Origin: Candidatus Latescibacterota bacterium
GTDB lineage: Bacteria; Latescibacterota; UBA2968
Assembly (NCBI GenBank): GCA_965205975.1
Contig: OZ242195.1
Location: 1,632,001 to 1,696,000 of the forward strand
Reading direction: 5' to 3'
DNA: 64,000 nucleotides
In this document: in pieces, positions 1 to 8,321 of the stretch
How the letters are laid out: each line of letters opens with the position of its first letter
How positions within the stretch are numbered: position 1 is the first letter of the stretch
The notes under the pieces: model-generated
Database searches by the model: none
What the model was told of the DNA's origin: nothing
What the model saw: the letters and a program-made list of their open reading frames with translations, nothing else
Made by a program: the position numbers and the translations under genes

Positions 1-21
1 CGGTATTGATCATTCCCTCTA

Positions 22-2511
22 ATGGGTGATCTCACCACTTTACACATGCCAAAAATTCAAACCATCGCGATATGTCTATCCATCCTGTTGACCTCTACAG
101 ACCTGCTGGCGAATGAAGGCACAGTGCAGCAAGTCTCGGGGGATCTCGTTTACGTCACCGGCATGAACGGTTTGGCTCCGCTCTGGTCAAATCTCACAGT
201 GCAAAACGGACAGGACACCGGCGCAAAACTCGAAGTCATCAAAGAATTGTCAGAACTGGTCATAGCAAGAGTCGTAGAGGCCAACGGAACAGCGGTGAAT
301 ACCGGCGATGCAGTGGTGCTGAGTACCGCACAACCAGACGTATCGGCGCGAAAAGCCAGGCGGACTGTTTACGCCACCCGCGTTGGCGAAAATCCAAATG
401 TAGATGGCGTACTGGACGACCCCGTATGGTCGCAGGCAACGCCGATCAGGGGTTTTGTACAGCGCGATCCAAACTACTGGATGCCAAGCCCCGAACAAAC
501 AATCGTGCGGATTATCTACACGGACAAAAGCATCTACTTTGGCTTTGAATGCCTCGTCCCGGACTCCTCTCAATTTATCGCAAACAACATGCGACGAGAT
601 TCCGAAATCCGCGGCGATGACAATATTCAAATCCTGCTCGACACGTACAATGATCGGCAAAATGGCTTCTTTTTCTCTGTCAATCCCCTGGGGGCGCAAA
701 GCGATTTGATGCTCTCCAACGAGGGGCGAACCTATAACCGCGATTGGGATTGCAATTGGACCGCACGCACCAAACACTATCCCGACCGATGGACAGTCGA
801 AATCGAAATCCCGTTCAGCCAACTGCGGTTTAAGCAAGCAGCCGACGTCACCTGGGGCATCAACCTCGCGCGTTATCTTGCCCGAAAAAATGTGGCGACC
901 CAACTCGTCGTTGGCCTGCAAAGTTCCTCATCCACAGAGCGGTATCGCATGGCGGACATCGGAGAACTGCACGGTCTCCAACACATTCGCGCCAGACGTC
1001 CGATTTATCTCAAACCCTACGCCTTGCCGGGCACGACCATTGACGATCAGGCAACCAATCCCACTGAAAGCCGCACCATTGAAACGGGCCTCGATCTGCG
1101 CTATGGCATCACGTCAAACATCTCGCTCGACCTATCCTACAACACGGACTTCGCACAGGTAGAAGGCGACCAGGAACAAACCAACCTGACGCAGTTCCGC
1201 CTCTTCTTTCCCGAAAAACGCGAGTTCTTCCTCGAAGGCGCCAACCTCTTCCAATTTGGAGAACTGGCGCGAGTAACCGGCAGTGGTACCAGACCCCCCA
1301 CCCTCCTTTTTTATACCAGACGCATCGGTCTTGAACAAGGAAAAAAAATTCCGATTATCGTCGGATCAAAAATTGCCGGAAAAGAAGGGCGAACCAGTAT
1401 TGGCGGCCTCAATGTACTGACCGACGCGGCATTGTTTGAAGACGAGGATGACACAATCCAGGTACACCGCACCAACTACTCGGTCCTCAGCATAAGACGC
1501 GACATCTTCGCGCGGTCAAACTTTGGTCTCATCATGGTCAACAAACAAATCGATGATCCTCACGCGGGATGGAACCAGTACAACCGCGCGGGCGGTATTG
1601 ATTTCAACTATTCCCCAACGTCAACCTTGAATTTCCAGGCTTTTGCAGCGCGAACATGGGATTCACAGGTTGAAAATGCAGACGATGCGCGATTTGTATC
1701 TATGAACTATCGCGGCACCAAGTACTGGGCGCGTTTCAAAGTGCTCGATGTCGAGGAACAATTCGACCCCGCCGTGGGATTCATCAATAGCAGGAGTGGA
1801 TTGGAAGGTTTCAGACGCTATGACCTCTATGCGCGCTATCGCCCCAGACCGAAATTCGGCAATATTCGCTACATGTCGATCGGTCCCGAAGCGCAAATCT
1901 TTACAGACCGCAATAACAATGTGAAATACTGGACAGTCGAACTCTCGACATTTGCCATCTTTAATACCGGTGACTATTGGCGGTTCGAATTAAAGCGTAC
2001 TTACGATGTGGTCGATGAGGCATTCGAGCCATCCACACGCCGCGAAGATGTGAGCATTCCCGCCGGGACCTATACCTTCACGTCAATTGCCACGGGACCG
2101 CGTCCCAGCCGGGCCAGAAAATTGCGCCCCGGCATCGTCTTCGAGGCAGGGACATACTACACTGGAAGACGCTATACCATACGCTCGGAAAGCGCTTTTC
2201 GCCCCTCTGGCCAACTGTCTTATGAAGTGGAATATCAGGGCGACTGGGTCCGACTTCCCCAGGGTAATTTTAACATCCACACACTCAGCAATCGCCTGCA
2301 ATACTCCTTTTCCACAGACTTTTTTGTCAAACTCTTCGTACAGTGGAACAACGACAAAGAGTTCGCAAGCGCGAATTTTCTCCTCAACTACCGGTATCGC
2401 CCCGGCAGCGACATTTTTCTCGTCTTCGACAGCGCTTATGGCACCGATCCGACCTTAACCCGACGAAACCGCTCGGTGCTCCTCAAACTCTCCTATCTCC
2501 TGGGTCTGTGA
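22..2511 (+). CDS. DUF5916 / CBM9-like domain outer-membrane protein
   Basis: Signal peptide; CBM9-like segment (PNVDGVLDDPVW...DNIQILLDTYND...WTVEIEIPFSQLRF); DUF5916 motifs NTDFAQVEGD, FFPEKREFFLEG, LFYTRRIG; barrel-like C-terminus KLSYLLGL. Start may be ATG 46. Confidence 0.85.
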   Translation: MGDLTTLHMPKIQTIAICLSILLTSTDLLANEGTVQQVSGDLVYVTGMNGLAPLWSNLTVQNGQDTGAKLEVIKELSELVIARVVEANGTAVNTGDAVVLSTAQPDVSARKARRTVYATRVGENPNVDGVLDDPVWSQATPIRGFVQRDPNYWMPSPEQTIVRIIYTDKSIYFGFECLVPDSSQFIANNMRRDSEIRGDDNIQILLDTYNDRQNGFFFSVNPLGAQSDLMLSNEGRTYNRDWDCNWTARTKHYPDRWTVEIEIPFSQLRFKQAADVTWGINLARYLARKNVATQLVVGLQSSSSTERYRMADIGELHGLQHIRARRPIYLKPYALPGTTIDDQATNPTESRTIETGLDLRYGITSNISLDLSYNTDFAQVEGDQEQTNLTQFRLFFPEKREFFLEGANLFQFGELARVTGSGTRPPTLLFYTRRIGLEQGKKIPIIVGSKIAGKEGRTSIGGLNVLTDAALFEDEDDTIQVHRTNYSVLSIRRDIFARSNFGLIMVNKQIDDPHAGWNQYNRAGGIDFNYSPTSTLNFQAFAARTWDSQVENADDARFVSMNYRGTKYWARFKVLDVEEQFDPAVGFINSRSGLEGFRRYDLYARYRPRPKFGNIRYMSIGPEAQIFTDRNNNVKYWTVELSTFAIFNTGDYWRFELKRTYDVVDEAFEPSTRREDVSIPAGTYTFTSIATGPRPSRARKLRPGIVFEAGTYYTGRRYTIRSESAFRPSGQLSYEVEYQGDWVRLPQGNFNIHTLSNRLQYSFSTDFFVKLFVQWNNDKEFASANFLLNYRYRPGSDIFLVFDSAYGTDPTLTRRNRSVLLKLSYLLGL

Positions 2512-2512
2512 A

Positions 2513-3700
2513 TTACATCTCGCATTTCACATTCTCGACCGCCAGCGCGACGGCCTCGCCTCCGCCAATGCAGAGTGCGGCAATACCAATGCGCTTGTCG
2601 GCGCATTTTAAGGCGTGAATAAGAGTTACGAGAATGCGCGTGCCGCTCGCTCCAATGGGATGTCCCAGCGCGACAGCACCGCCATTGACATTGAGTTTTT
2701 CCGCCGGGATGCCCAGATCATGAGCAGCCGCCATTGGAACCCCGGAAAAGGCCTCGTTGATTTCAAACAGATCGATATCCGAAACCTTAAGGGAGAGTTT
2801 GGACAAAAGTTTGGAGATGGCGCCAATAGGCGCGAGCGTGAACCATTCCGGCTCCTGTGCGTGTGTGGCATAACCCAAAATCTCAACTTCGGGTGCAATA
2901 CCGCAATCTTCTGCTTTTTCACCTGAAAGGACAATAACAGACGCCGCGCCATCGTTGATACTCGACGCATTTCCGGGCGTCACAGTGCCATCTTTTGAAA
3001 ATGCAGGGCGCAGTTGGCGGAGTTTGTCCTCGTCAAATCTCAGGGGTTCTTCATCCCTGTCCATCGTTGTAATTGTCTTGCCAGAGGATACTTTTACGGG
3101 TACAATCTCGCTGCGGAATCGGCCTTCACTATCGGCGCGAAGTGCTCTTTTATAACTGTTGATGGCAAAATCATCCTGATCTTCGCGCGAAAAATCGTAG
3201 CGCTCAGCACATCGGTCGCCACAGGTTCCCATGTGCAGGTCATTGTACACATCCCATAAGCCATCGCGGATCATTGAGTCAACGAGTTCGCCTGTCCCCA
3301 GTCTGTAACCCGTTCGCGCATTTTCGAGAAGATAGGGTGCGCGGCTCATGTTTTCTGCACCTCCAGCGAGAACCAAATCGGCATCGCCGCACTGGATGGC
3401 CTGAGCGGCAAGCATAACGGATTTGAGGCCCGAACCGCAAACTTTGTTGACCGTTGTCGCTCCCACCGACGTATCGAGACCCGCGCCAATGGCAACTTGA
3501 CGCGCGACATTTTGACCCAGCCCCGCACTGAGCACATTGCCAAAAATCACTTCATCGACATCATCGCCGATTATGCCCGCCTGTGCTATCGAAGCAGCCG
3601 CAACAGCACTGCCCAATTCAGGCGCAGATACTTCGGCAAAGCCCCCCATAAATCCACCAATCGCTGTGCGCTTGCTCCCGGTGATATAAATGTGTTTCAT
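2513..3700 (-). CDS. atoB: Acetyl-CoA C-acetyltransferase (thiolase)
   Basis: NKVCGSG, EINEAF, GHPIGASG and LCIGGG thiolase motifs; ATG 3700 has a GGAGG RBS. Confidence 0.95.
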   Translation of the reverse strand: MKHIYITGSKRTAIGGFMGGFAEVSAPELGSAVAAASIAQAGIIGDDVDEVIFGNVLSAGLGQNVARQVAIGAGLDTSVGATTVNKVCGSGLKSVMLAAQAIQCGDADLVLAGGAENMSRAPYLLENARTGYRLGTGELVDSMIRDGLWDVYNDLHMGTCGDRCAERYDFSREDQDDFAINSYKRALRADSEGRFRSEIVPVKVSSGKTITTMDRDEEPLRFDEDKLRQLRPAFSKDGTVTPGNASSINDGAASVIVLSGEKAEDCGIAPEVEILGYATHAQEPEWFTLAPIGAISKLLSKLSLKVSDIDLFEINEAFSGVPMAAAHDLGIPAEKLNVNGGAVALGHPIGASGTRILVTLIHALKCADKRIGIAALCIGGGEAVALAVENVKCEM

Positions 3701-3775
3701 AGTCATTCCTCCATTTTGTAAGACTATCAAGATATATCCAAACCGGGAAATGATGCAAGAAATAAGAGGTAATAG

Positions 3776-4126
3776 GTGAAATATTTAATCGCCATTGCCC
3801 TGTGTAGCATTCTGTGTGTATTGATCCTCATGATGGCCTGTTCTGCCCCCCCCAATGGCAAAACCGTATTTATCGAATCGGGTTGTGCAAGATGCCATGA
3901 AATCAACGGCTCTGGCGGATCTCAGGCACCGCGACTACAGGGCTTACAGAGCCAGTGGACACCCGAATCACTGGAAAAATTTCTGACTGATCCCCCTGCT
4001 TATGCAAAAAACAATCCCCGATTACAGGCATATCAAAAAAAATATCCAACACCAATGCCCAGACTTGAAATCGCACCTGCACGGCGAAAAATACTCGTCC
4101 AATATCTACTTAAAAGGTATCCATGA
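3776..4126 (+). CDS. Small monoheme c-type cytochrome, probable lipoprotein
   Basis: CARCH heme-binding motif, distal PMP Met ligand, hydrophobic N-terminus ending MMAC. Confidence 0.8.
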   Translation: MKYLIAIALCSILCVLILMMACSAPPNGKTVFIESGCARCHEINGSGGSQAPRLQGLQSQWTPESLEKFLTDPPAYAKNNPRLQAYQKKYPTPMPRLEIAPARRKILVQYLLKRYP

Positions 4127-4443
4127 AAAATCAGATCGACAAAAAATACGAGCGGATATACAGAGAAGTTGCCAAAATCCCCGAAGGCACTGTGGCAACT
4201 TATGGGCAAATTGCCGACCAGGTTGGGTGCGGCCCGCGCGAAGTGGGCAGAGCACTATCGGAATTGCCGCCGCATACATCCTGTCCCTGGCACCGAGTTA
4301 TCAATGCGCGGGGAATGGTGTCCATTCGCAGCGGAAATCACCTAGCACATCACGACCAGGAAGCCCGCCTCGAACGAGAAGGCATTGTATTTGTCAATGG
4401 CCGCGTCGATCTCGAAATTTACAGGTGGGAAGCAGATCTTTAA
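4123..4443 (+). CDS. Alkyltransferase-like protein (MGMT family, ATL/YbaZ type)
   Basis: IPEGTVATYGQIA, REVGRAL, PWHRVIN (Trp replaces the catalytic Cys of PCHRV). Confidence 0.9.
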   Translation: MKNQIDKKYERIYREVAKIPEGTVATYGQIADQVGCGPREVGRALSELPPHTSCPWHRVINARGMVSIRSGNHLAHHDQEARLEREGIVFVNGRVDLEIYRWEADL

Positions 4444-4487
4444 GGCCTGAATGCAATATCACTGGCATGAGCATGCAAATTTGTGTA

Positions 4488-4516
4488 TTGACAAGGATAA
4501 TCGGTTTTTTTATCAT
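4488..4516 (+). promoter_or_regulatory. Sigma70-type promoter for hup
   Basis: TTGACA (4488-4493), 17 bp spacer, TATCAT (4511-4516). Confidence 0.7.
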
Positions 4517-4567
4517 TCACGCGCTTAGGGGAGAAGTACGTCTGTAAATACTGAGAAAGGGGATGCA

Positions 4568-4864
4568 GTGACCAAAGCTGATATTGTCAATCAGATTGCC
4601 GACGCTACGGGGTTGACCAAAACAGATACCTCTGTCGTTGTAGAGGGCTTTCTCACTTCGATCATTGCGGCAATGGAGCAGGGTGAACACATCGAAATTC
4701 GTGGCTTTGGCACGTTTAAAGTCGTTCATCGCGCACCGCGCACAGGTCGCAATCCCAAAACAGGTGAAGTGGTCAAAATTCCCTCGCGCGCAATGCCCGT
4801 GTTCAAACCCTCACGTGAATTGCGTAATTCTATTTCTGAGGTTTCTGTTCTTCCATCCAGTTAA
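4568..4864 (+). CDS. hup: HU/IHF family DNA-binding protein
   Basis: MTKADIV...IEIRGFGTF...GRNPKTGE...PVFKPS. Confidence 0.93.
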   Translation: MTKADIVNQIADATGLTKTDTSVVVEGFLTSIIAAMEQGEHIEIRGFGTFKVVHRAPRTGRNPKTGEVVKIPSRAMPVFKPSRELRNSISEVSVLPSS

Positions 4865-4885
4865 TGCACCCACAGGAGGTAGCTC

Positions 4886-4978
4886 TTGCCCAGCGGAAAA
4901 AAGCGCAAACGCGCAAAAATCGCAACGCACAAGCGAAAAAAAAGGCGCCGAAGAGACCGACATAAAAAGAAGATCTAA
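4886..4978 (+). CDS. 30S ribosomal protein bS22 (AURKAIP1/COX24 family), 30 aa, absent from the ORF track
   Basis: AGGAGG RBS at 4874-4879, TTG start; reads MPSGKKRKRAKIATHKRKKRRRRDRHKKKI*. Confidence 0.9.
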   Translation: MPSGKKRKRAKIATHKRKKRRRRDRHKKKI

Positions 4979-4983
4979 AGACG

Positions 4984-5113
4984 AGATACTACACTGGTGT
5001 TATGGGTTTAGCCCCTGATCCTGGATATACCGACGTTTTCAGCCCAAAACGGCTGTGGTATAGACCATGAGGGCAGGGGCCTATCCGCAGTCTGCCCATC
5101 AGAGAGATCATCT
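4984..5113 (+). ncRNA. Candidate rod-like structured RNA (6S RNA-like)
   Basis: Nested helices CTGGTG/CATCAG, GCCCCTG/CAGGGGC, TATACC/GGTATA, CGTTTT/AAAACG with a central bubble; folded by eye only. Confidence 0.4.
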
Positions 5114-5190
5114 GCGGCATTAGCTCAGTTGGATAGAGCACTGGTCTCCGGAACCAGAGGTCACAGGTTCGAATCCTGTATGTCGCACCA
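5114..5190 (+). tRNA. tRNA-Arg(CCG)
   Basis: GCGGCAT/ATGTCGC acceptor stem, TAGCTCAGTTGGATAGAGC D-arm, CTGGT-CTCCGGA-ACCAG anticodon arm, GGTTCGAATCC, encoded CCA. Confidence 0.97.
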
Positions 5191-5195
5191 CAACC

Positions 5196-5236
5196 AATGG
5201 GGCGAGAGTCACAAACGACTCTCGCCCCATTTTTTT
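5196..5236 (+). terminator. Rho-independent terminator after the tRNA
   Basis: ATGGGGCGAGAGTC-acaaac-GACTCTCGCCCCAT followed by a T-tract. Confidence 0.85.
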
Positions 5237-5257
5237 GCGTCTCACTTTTTGCTACGC

Positions 5258-6238
5258 CTATGCGTCTATCTGCCTTATCAGATCCCGCAACTTCTGAATA
5301 AGCGCGTCCAAACCCTGACCTGTGACAGAGGAAATTCCCATATCTGTTTGACCTTGAAAAAATGGACCCTTGCGTTGTTCCGGCGGCAACAAGTCCAGTT
5401 TGGTGGCAATAAGCATCGCGGGTTTCTCGCGCAATTTGGGACTGAAACGGTCGAGTTCTTCTTTGAGAACAGCCAAATCGTATTCGGGATTGGGGCTGGC
5501 GACATCAACCATAAAAAGGAGAACGCGCGTGCGTTCGATATGGCGCAAAAATTGAAACCCAAGCCCTTTACCGCGATGTGCCCCTTCAATCAAGCCGGGA
5601 ATATCTGCCATAACAAAGCTATCGTAATCGCCGCATTTGACAATGCCCAGATTGGGTTGCAGGGTCGTAAAGGGATAATCGGCAATTTTGGGTTGCGCCG
5701 CAGAAACTCTGGAAAGAAGGGTCGATTTGCCTGCATTTGGGTGGCCGACCAGACCGACATCGGCGATGAGTTTAAGCTCGAGTTCCAACTGGCGTTCTCG
5801 CCCCGCTTCTCCGGGCTGAACATACTCTGGTGCTCTATTTGTCGCCGTGGCAAAACGCGCGTTGCCACGACCGCCACGCCCCCCCTCAATCAAAACAATG
5901 CGCTGACCGGGTTCGGTCAAATCCGCGAGGATTTCGCCTGTCTCTGTATCCTTGATGAGCGTGCCAACCGGTACGGGAATTTCAGCGTCTTCACCCCGTC
6001 GTCCCGCTTTCTTTTGGCCCGCCCCATGTTCTCCATGACCTGCACTCAAGTGTTGTCGATACCGGTAATCGAGCAGTGTGGAAAGGCGCGGGTCTGATAT
6101 AAAAACGACATCTCCCCCATTGCCGCCATCGCCGCCATCTGGCCCTCCTCGCGGCACATGCTTTTCTCGGCGAAAGCTTTTGCATCCAGTGCCGCCGTTG
6201 CCCGAACGGGCATAAATTCTGGTTAGATCGACAAACAT
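5258..6238 (-). CDS. obgE: GTPase ObgE/CgtA
   Basis: FRREKHVPRGGPDGGDGG, GHPNAGKST, YPFTT, DIPG, TKLD. Confidence 0.97.
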   Translation of the reverse strand: MFVDLTRIYARSGNGGTGCKSFRREKHVPRGGPDGGDGGNGGDVVFISDPRLSTLLDYRYRQHLSAGHGEHGAGQKKAGRRGEDAEIPVPVGTLIKDTETGEILADLTEPGQRIVLIEGGRGGRGNARFATATNRAPEYVQPGEAGRERQLELELKLIADVGLVGHPNAGKSTLLSRVSAAQPKIADYPFTTLQPNLGIVKCGDYDSFVMADIPGLIEGAHRGKGLGFQFLRHIERTRVLLFMVDVASPNPEYDLAVLKEELDRFSPKLREKPAMLIATKLDLLPPEQRKGPFFQGQTDMGISSVTGQGLDALIQKLRDLIRQIDA

Positions 6239-6249
6239 GGGAAAATTCG

Positions 6250-7008
6250 CTATGTTGCGGACTCTGCCTGTGCGCTATTTTTCAAAAGCAGGGCCTCTTC
6301 AATGGGGATATGCTCATCTGCGCTGTTGATGAGATCCCGCGCCGTATTGTAGGTAAAAGAAATGACTTCAACACGCGGTCCCAGGGTTTTAACGAGTTCG
6401 ACCAGAGGTACAAAATCACCATCGCCACTCACGAGAACCACGACATCGAGTTTATTGACAAATCTCATAATGTCAATGGCCATGCCCATGTCCCAATCGC
6501 CTTTTGCCGATCCATCACTGCGCTGCCGCAAATCTTTTCTTCTCACTTCGTAGCTCTTTTGTTGGAGCATCGAGATAAAATTACTCTGGTCAACATCTGG
6601 CGATTGCACGACATAGGCGATAGCGCGGATCAAGCGGCGTTTGCCCACACTGAGTTCCAGCAGTTTTTCAAAATCGAGACGCGCATTAAATGGTTTTGCG
6701 GCATAAAAGATATTCTGCACATCGACAAATATCCCAACCCGCAATTCGGTCGAGGGAATGGTTGTTCGCCGATCCAATCGGGTGCTGGCCTTGGCCTGTA
6801 GATCGGCGATACTTTTCTGGATGTTATCGAGAATAGAAAAAATTTCCCGGCGTTCTCGCGCACCGCTGATAGCTTCTTTATAGACTCTGTTCTTAATCTC
6901 GCGAAGGTCTCGAATAGCAGCCTGCGCTATGGTCATCTGATCTAATTTTTGCTCGATACGCGCTATGGTTTCTTGCATTTGTTTAATCTGATCGTTAAAG
7001 TCTGACAT
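6250..7008 (-). CDS. NYN (LabA/DUF88, PIN-like) domain protein with N-terminal coiled coil
   Basis: IFVDVQNIFY, KGDWDMGMAID, LVSGDGDFVPLV, SADEHIPI. Confidence 0.88.
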   Translation of the reverse strand: MSDFNDQIKQMQETIARIEQKLDQMTIAQAAIRDLREIKNRVYKEAISGARERREIFSILDNIQKSIADLQAKASTRLDRRTTIPSTELRVGIFVDVQNIFYAAKPFNARLDFEKLLELSVGKRRLIRAIAYVVQSPDVDQSNFISMLQQKSYEVRRKDLRQRSDGSAKGDWDMGMAIDIMRFVNKLDVVVLVSGDGDFVPLVELVKTLGPRVEVISFTYNTARDLINSADEHIPIEEALLLKNSAQAESAT

Positions 7009-7011
7009 TTG

Positions 7012-7869
7012 TTATGAGGTCTCCGATATCATTAGTTTGTGCAACCCTGCGCCAAAGGCAAGGGCAAATCTGCTCGCGTGTCCAAGTTTTGCGCGATCTC
7101 GTTTAGGCAATTGCGCAGTATCTATACCGCGAAATATTGGATATTCTGTAAGGCTGAGGTCATCTGGCGGATCAATGGGCGGTATATCCCCCGATAGATA
7201 AACCTGTTTGCAGGTGCGGTGTGGAGAACAGGCGAGAGAGAGCCAGCGTTTTAAATTTGAAGAATCAGGGCCTGCGGTTTCAACGCCGATTAAAATACCA
7301 TTTTCAACGGAAATGTAAAAAGATCCATCGGGGTCTCTGTGAACGGCCATCTGCCTACCCGACTTCCATACGCCAGCGGGTAGTCCCGTACAAAATAAGG
7401 CCAGCGGAGCGACAGAGAGATGCAGGCGGGTTTCTCCCAGTGCAGAGCACAGGGTTTCGTATGCGTCAATCACCCCGTTGCGTACTGCGGTCCAAAAAGC
7501 CACGCGCCCTACCGGAATAATATCGATTGCGCTATTGTCAACAGGAGAAATGAGTGCCTGCGATGCTTCCCACAAAATCTGCTCGCGGAGGTCTTCTTTG
7601 CCCGCGACTTCGAGAGGAACTTTTTGCATGTGATACAGGCTACCTGAAAGACAAAAAGAAAGTGTGCCGCGCGGTTTTGACAAAATTCCAAGCACTTTTC
7701 CCAATTCCTCAACAAAGGATTCAGGTACTTCTTTTTGGGGATCAAAATCAAACGCCTCCGATACACGTTGGTTAATCAGACCCCTGAGATAGTACGCATT
7801 GTCCAATTTTTCAATGTGAGCCACGCGTAGTGTATTGCCCAAAATATGAATGCCCGTAGCTGTACTCAT
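7012..7869 (-). CDS. Hypothetical protein, divergent PilM-like (actin fold)
   Basis: GIHILGNTLRVAHI, EQILWEASQ, VAPLAL, VYLSG and FALAFGAGL follow the PilM pattern; nucleotide-binding Asp residues not evident. Confidence 0.5.
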   Translation of the reverse strand: MSTATGIHILGNTLRVAHIEKLDNAYYLRGLINQRVSEAFDFDPQKEVPESFVEELGKVLGILSKPRGTLSFCLSGSLYHMQKVPLEVAGKEDLREQILWEASQALISPVDNSAIDIIPVGRVAFWTAVRNGVIDAYETLCSALGETRLHLSVAPLALFCTGLPAGVWKSGRQMAVHRDPDGSFYISVENGILIGVETAGPDSSNLKRWLSLACSPHRTCKQVYLSGDIPPIDPPDDLSLTEYPIFRGIDTAQLPKRDRAKLGHASRFALAFGAGLHKLMISETS

Positions 7870-8309
7870 GGCGTACTCATCGTAAGGTGCGGACGCAAGC
7901 GCTCGAGGGTTTTGGGACCAATCCCCCTGACCTTTGTAATATCGTCAACGCGCTTAAATGCCCCATTTTTTTCGCGATAGGCCACAATACGCCCTGCAAT
8001 TTGAGGCCCAATACCGTGCAAGCGTTCAAACTCTTTTGCCGTTGCAGAGTTGATATTGATCAATTCCCTCACCTGGGGAACATTTTCTTTCGGTGAAGGG
8101 ACTGGACTTTGCCTCTGTGTTAGAGATGTAACCTGTGGAACTTCTGTCTTTTCTTCTGGCGATGGAACTTCCACGGCATTTTTATGCACCTCAAAATCGG
8201 GAATGTGATCCGGATTTTTACTATCGAGATAACGGATGACAATCCCTATAATAAGAACGCCGCAAAGCAGCAATAAGATAATTTGTTCGTTGCGGTTAAA
8301 AGTAAACAT
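7866..8309 (-). CDS. comEA: ComEA family helix-hairpin-helix DNA-binding protein
   Basis: N-terminal TM; ININSATAKEFERLHGIGPQIAGRIVAYR...VRGIGPKTLE. Confidence 0.92.
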   Translation of the reverse strand: MFTFNRNEQIILLLLCGVLIIGIVIRYLDSKNPDHIPDFEVHKNAVEVPSPEEKTEVPQVTSLTQRQSPVPSPKENVPQVRELININSATAKEFERLHGIGPQIAGRIVAYREKNGAFKRVDDITKVRGIGPKTLERLRPHLTMSTP

Positions 8310-8321
8310 AGAAAAGTCCAA

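Noticed and set aside
4665..5018. 117-aa ORF overlapping hup
   Set aside because: Out-of-frame overlap of hup and bS22, which explain the sequence.
4984..5113. SRP (4.5S) RNA
   Set aside because: It lacks the conserved helix-8 GGAA tetraloop with CAGG/AGCAG internal loops.
5114..5240. tRNA-anchored genomic island
   Set aside because: No integrase and no repeated tRNA 3' end seen; the tRNA is followed by a terminator and obgE.
5129..6097. 322-aa plus-strand ORF
   Set aside because: It starts inside tRNA-Arg and is antisense to obgE, so it is a shadow ORF. The same applies to the many short antisense or alternate-frame ORFs in the track.
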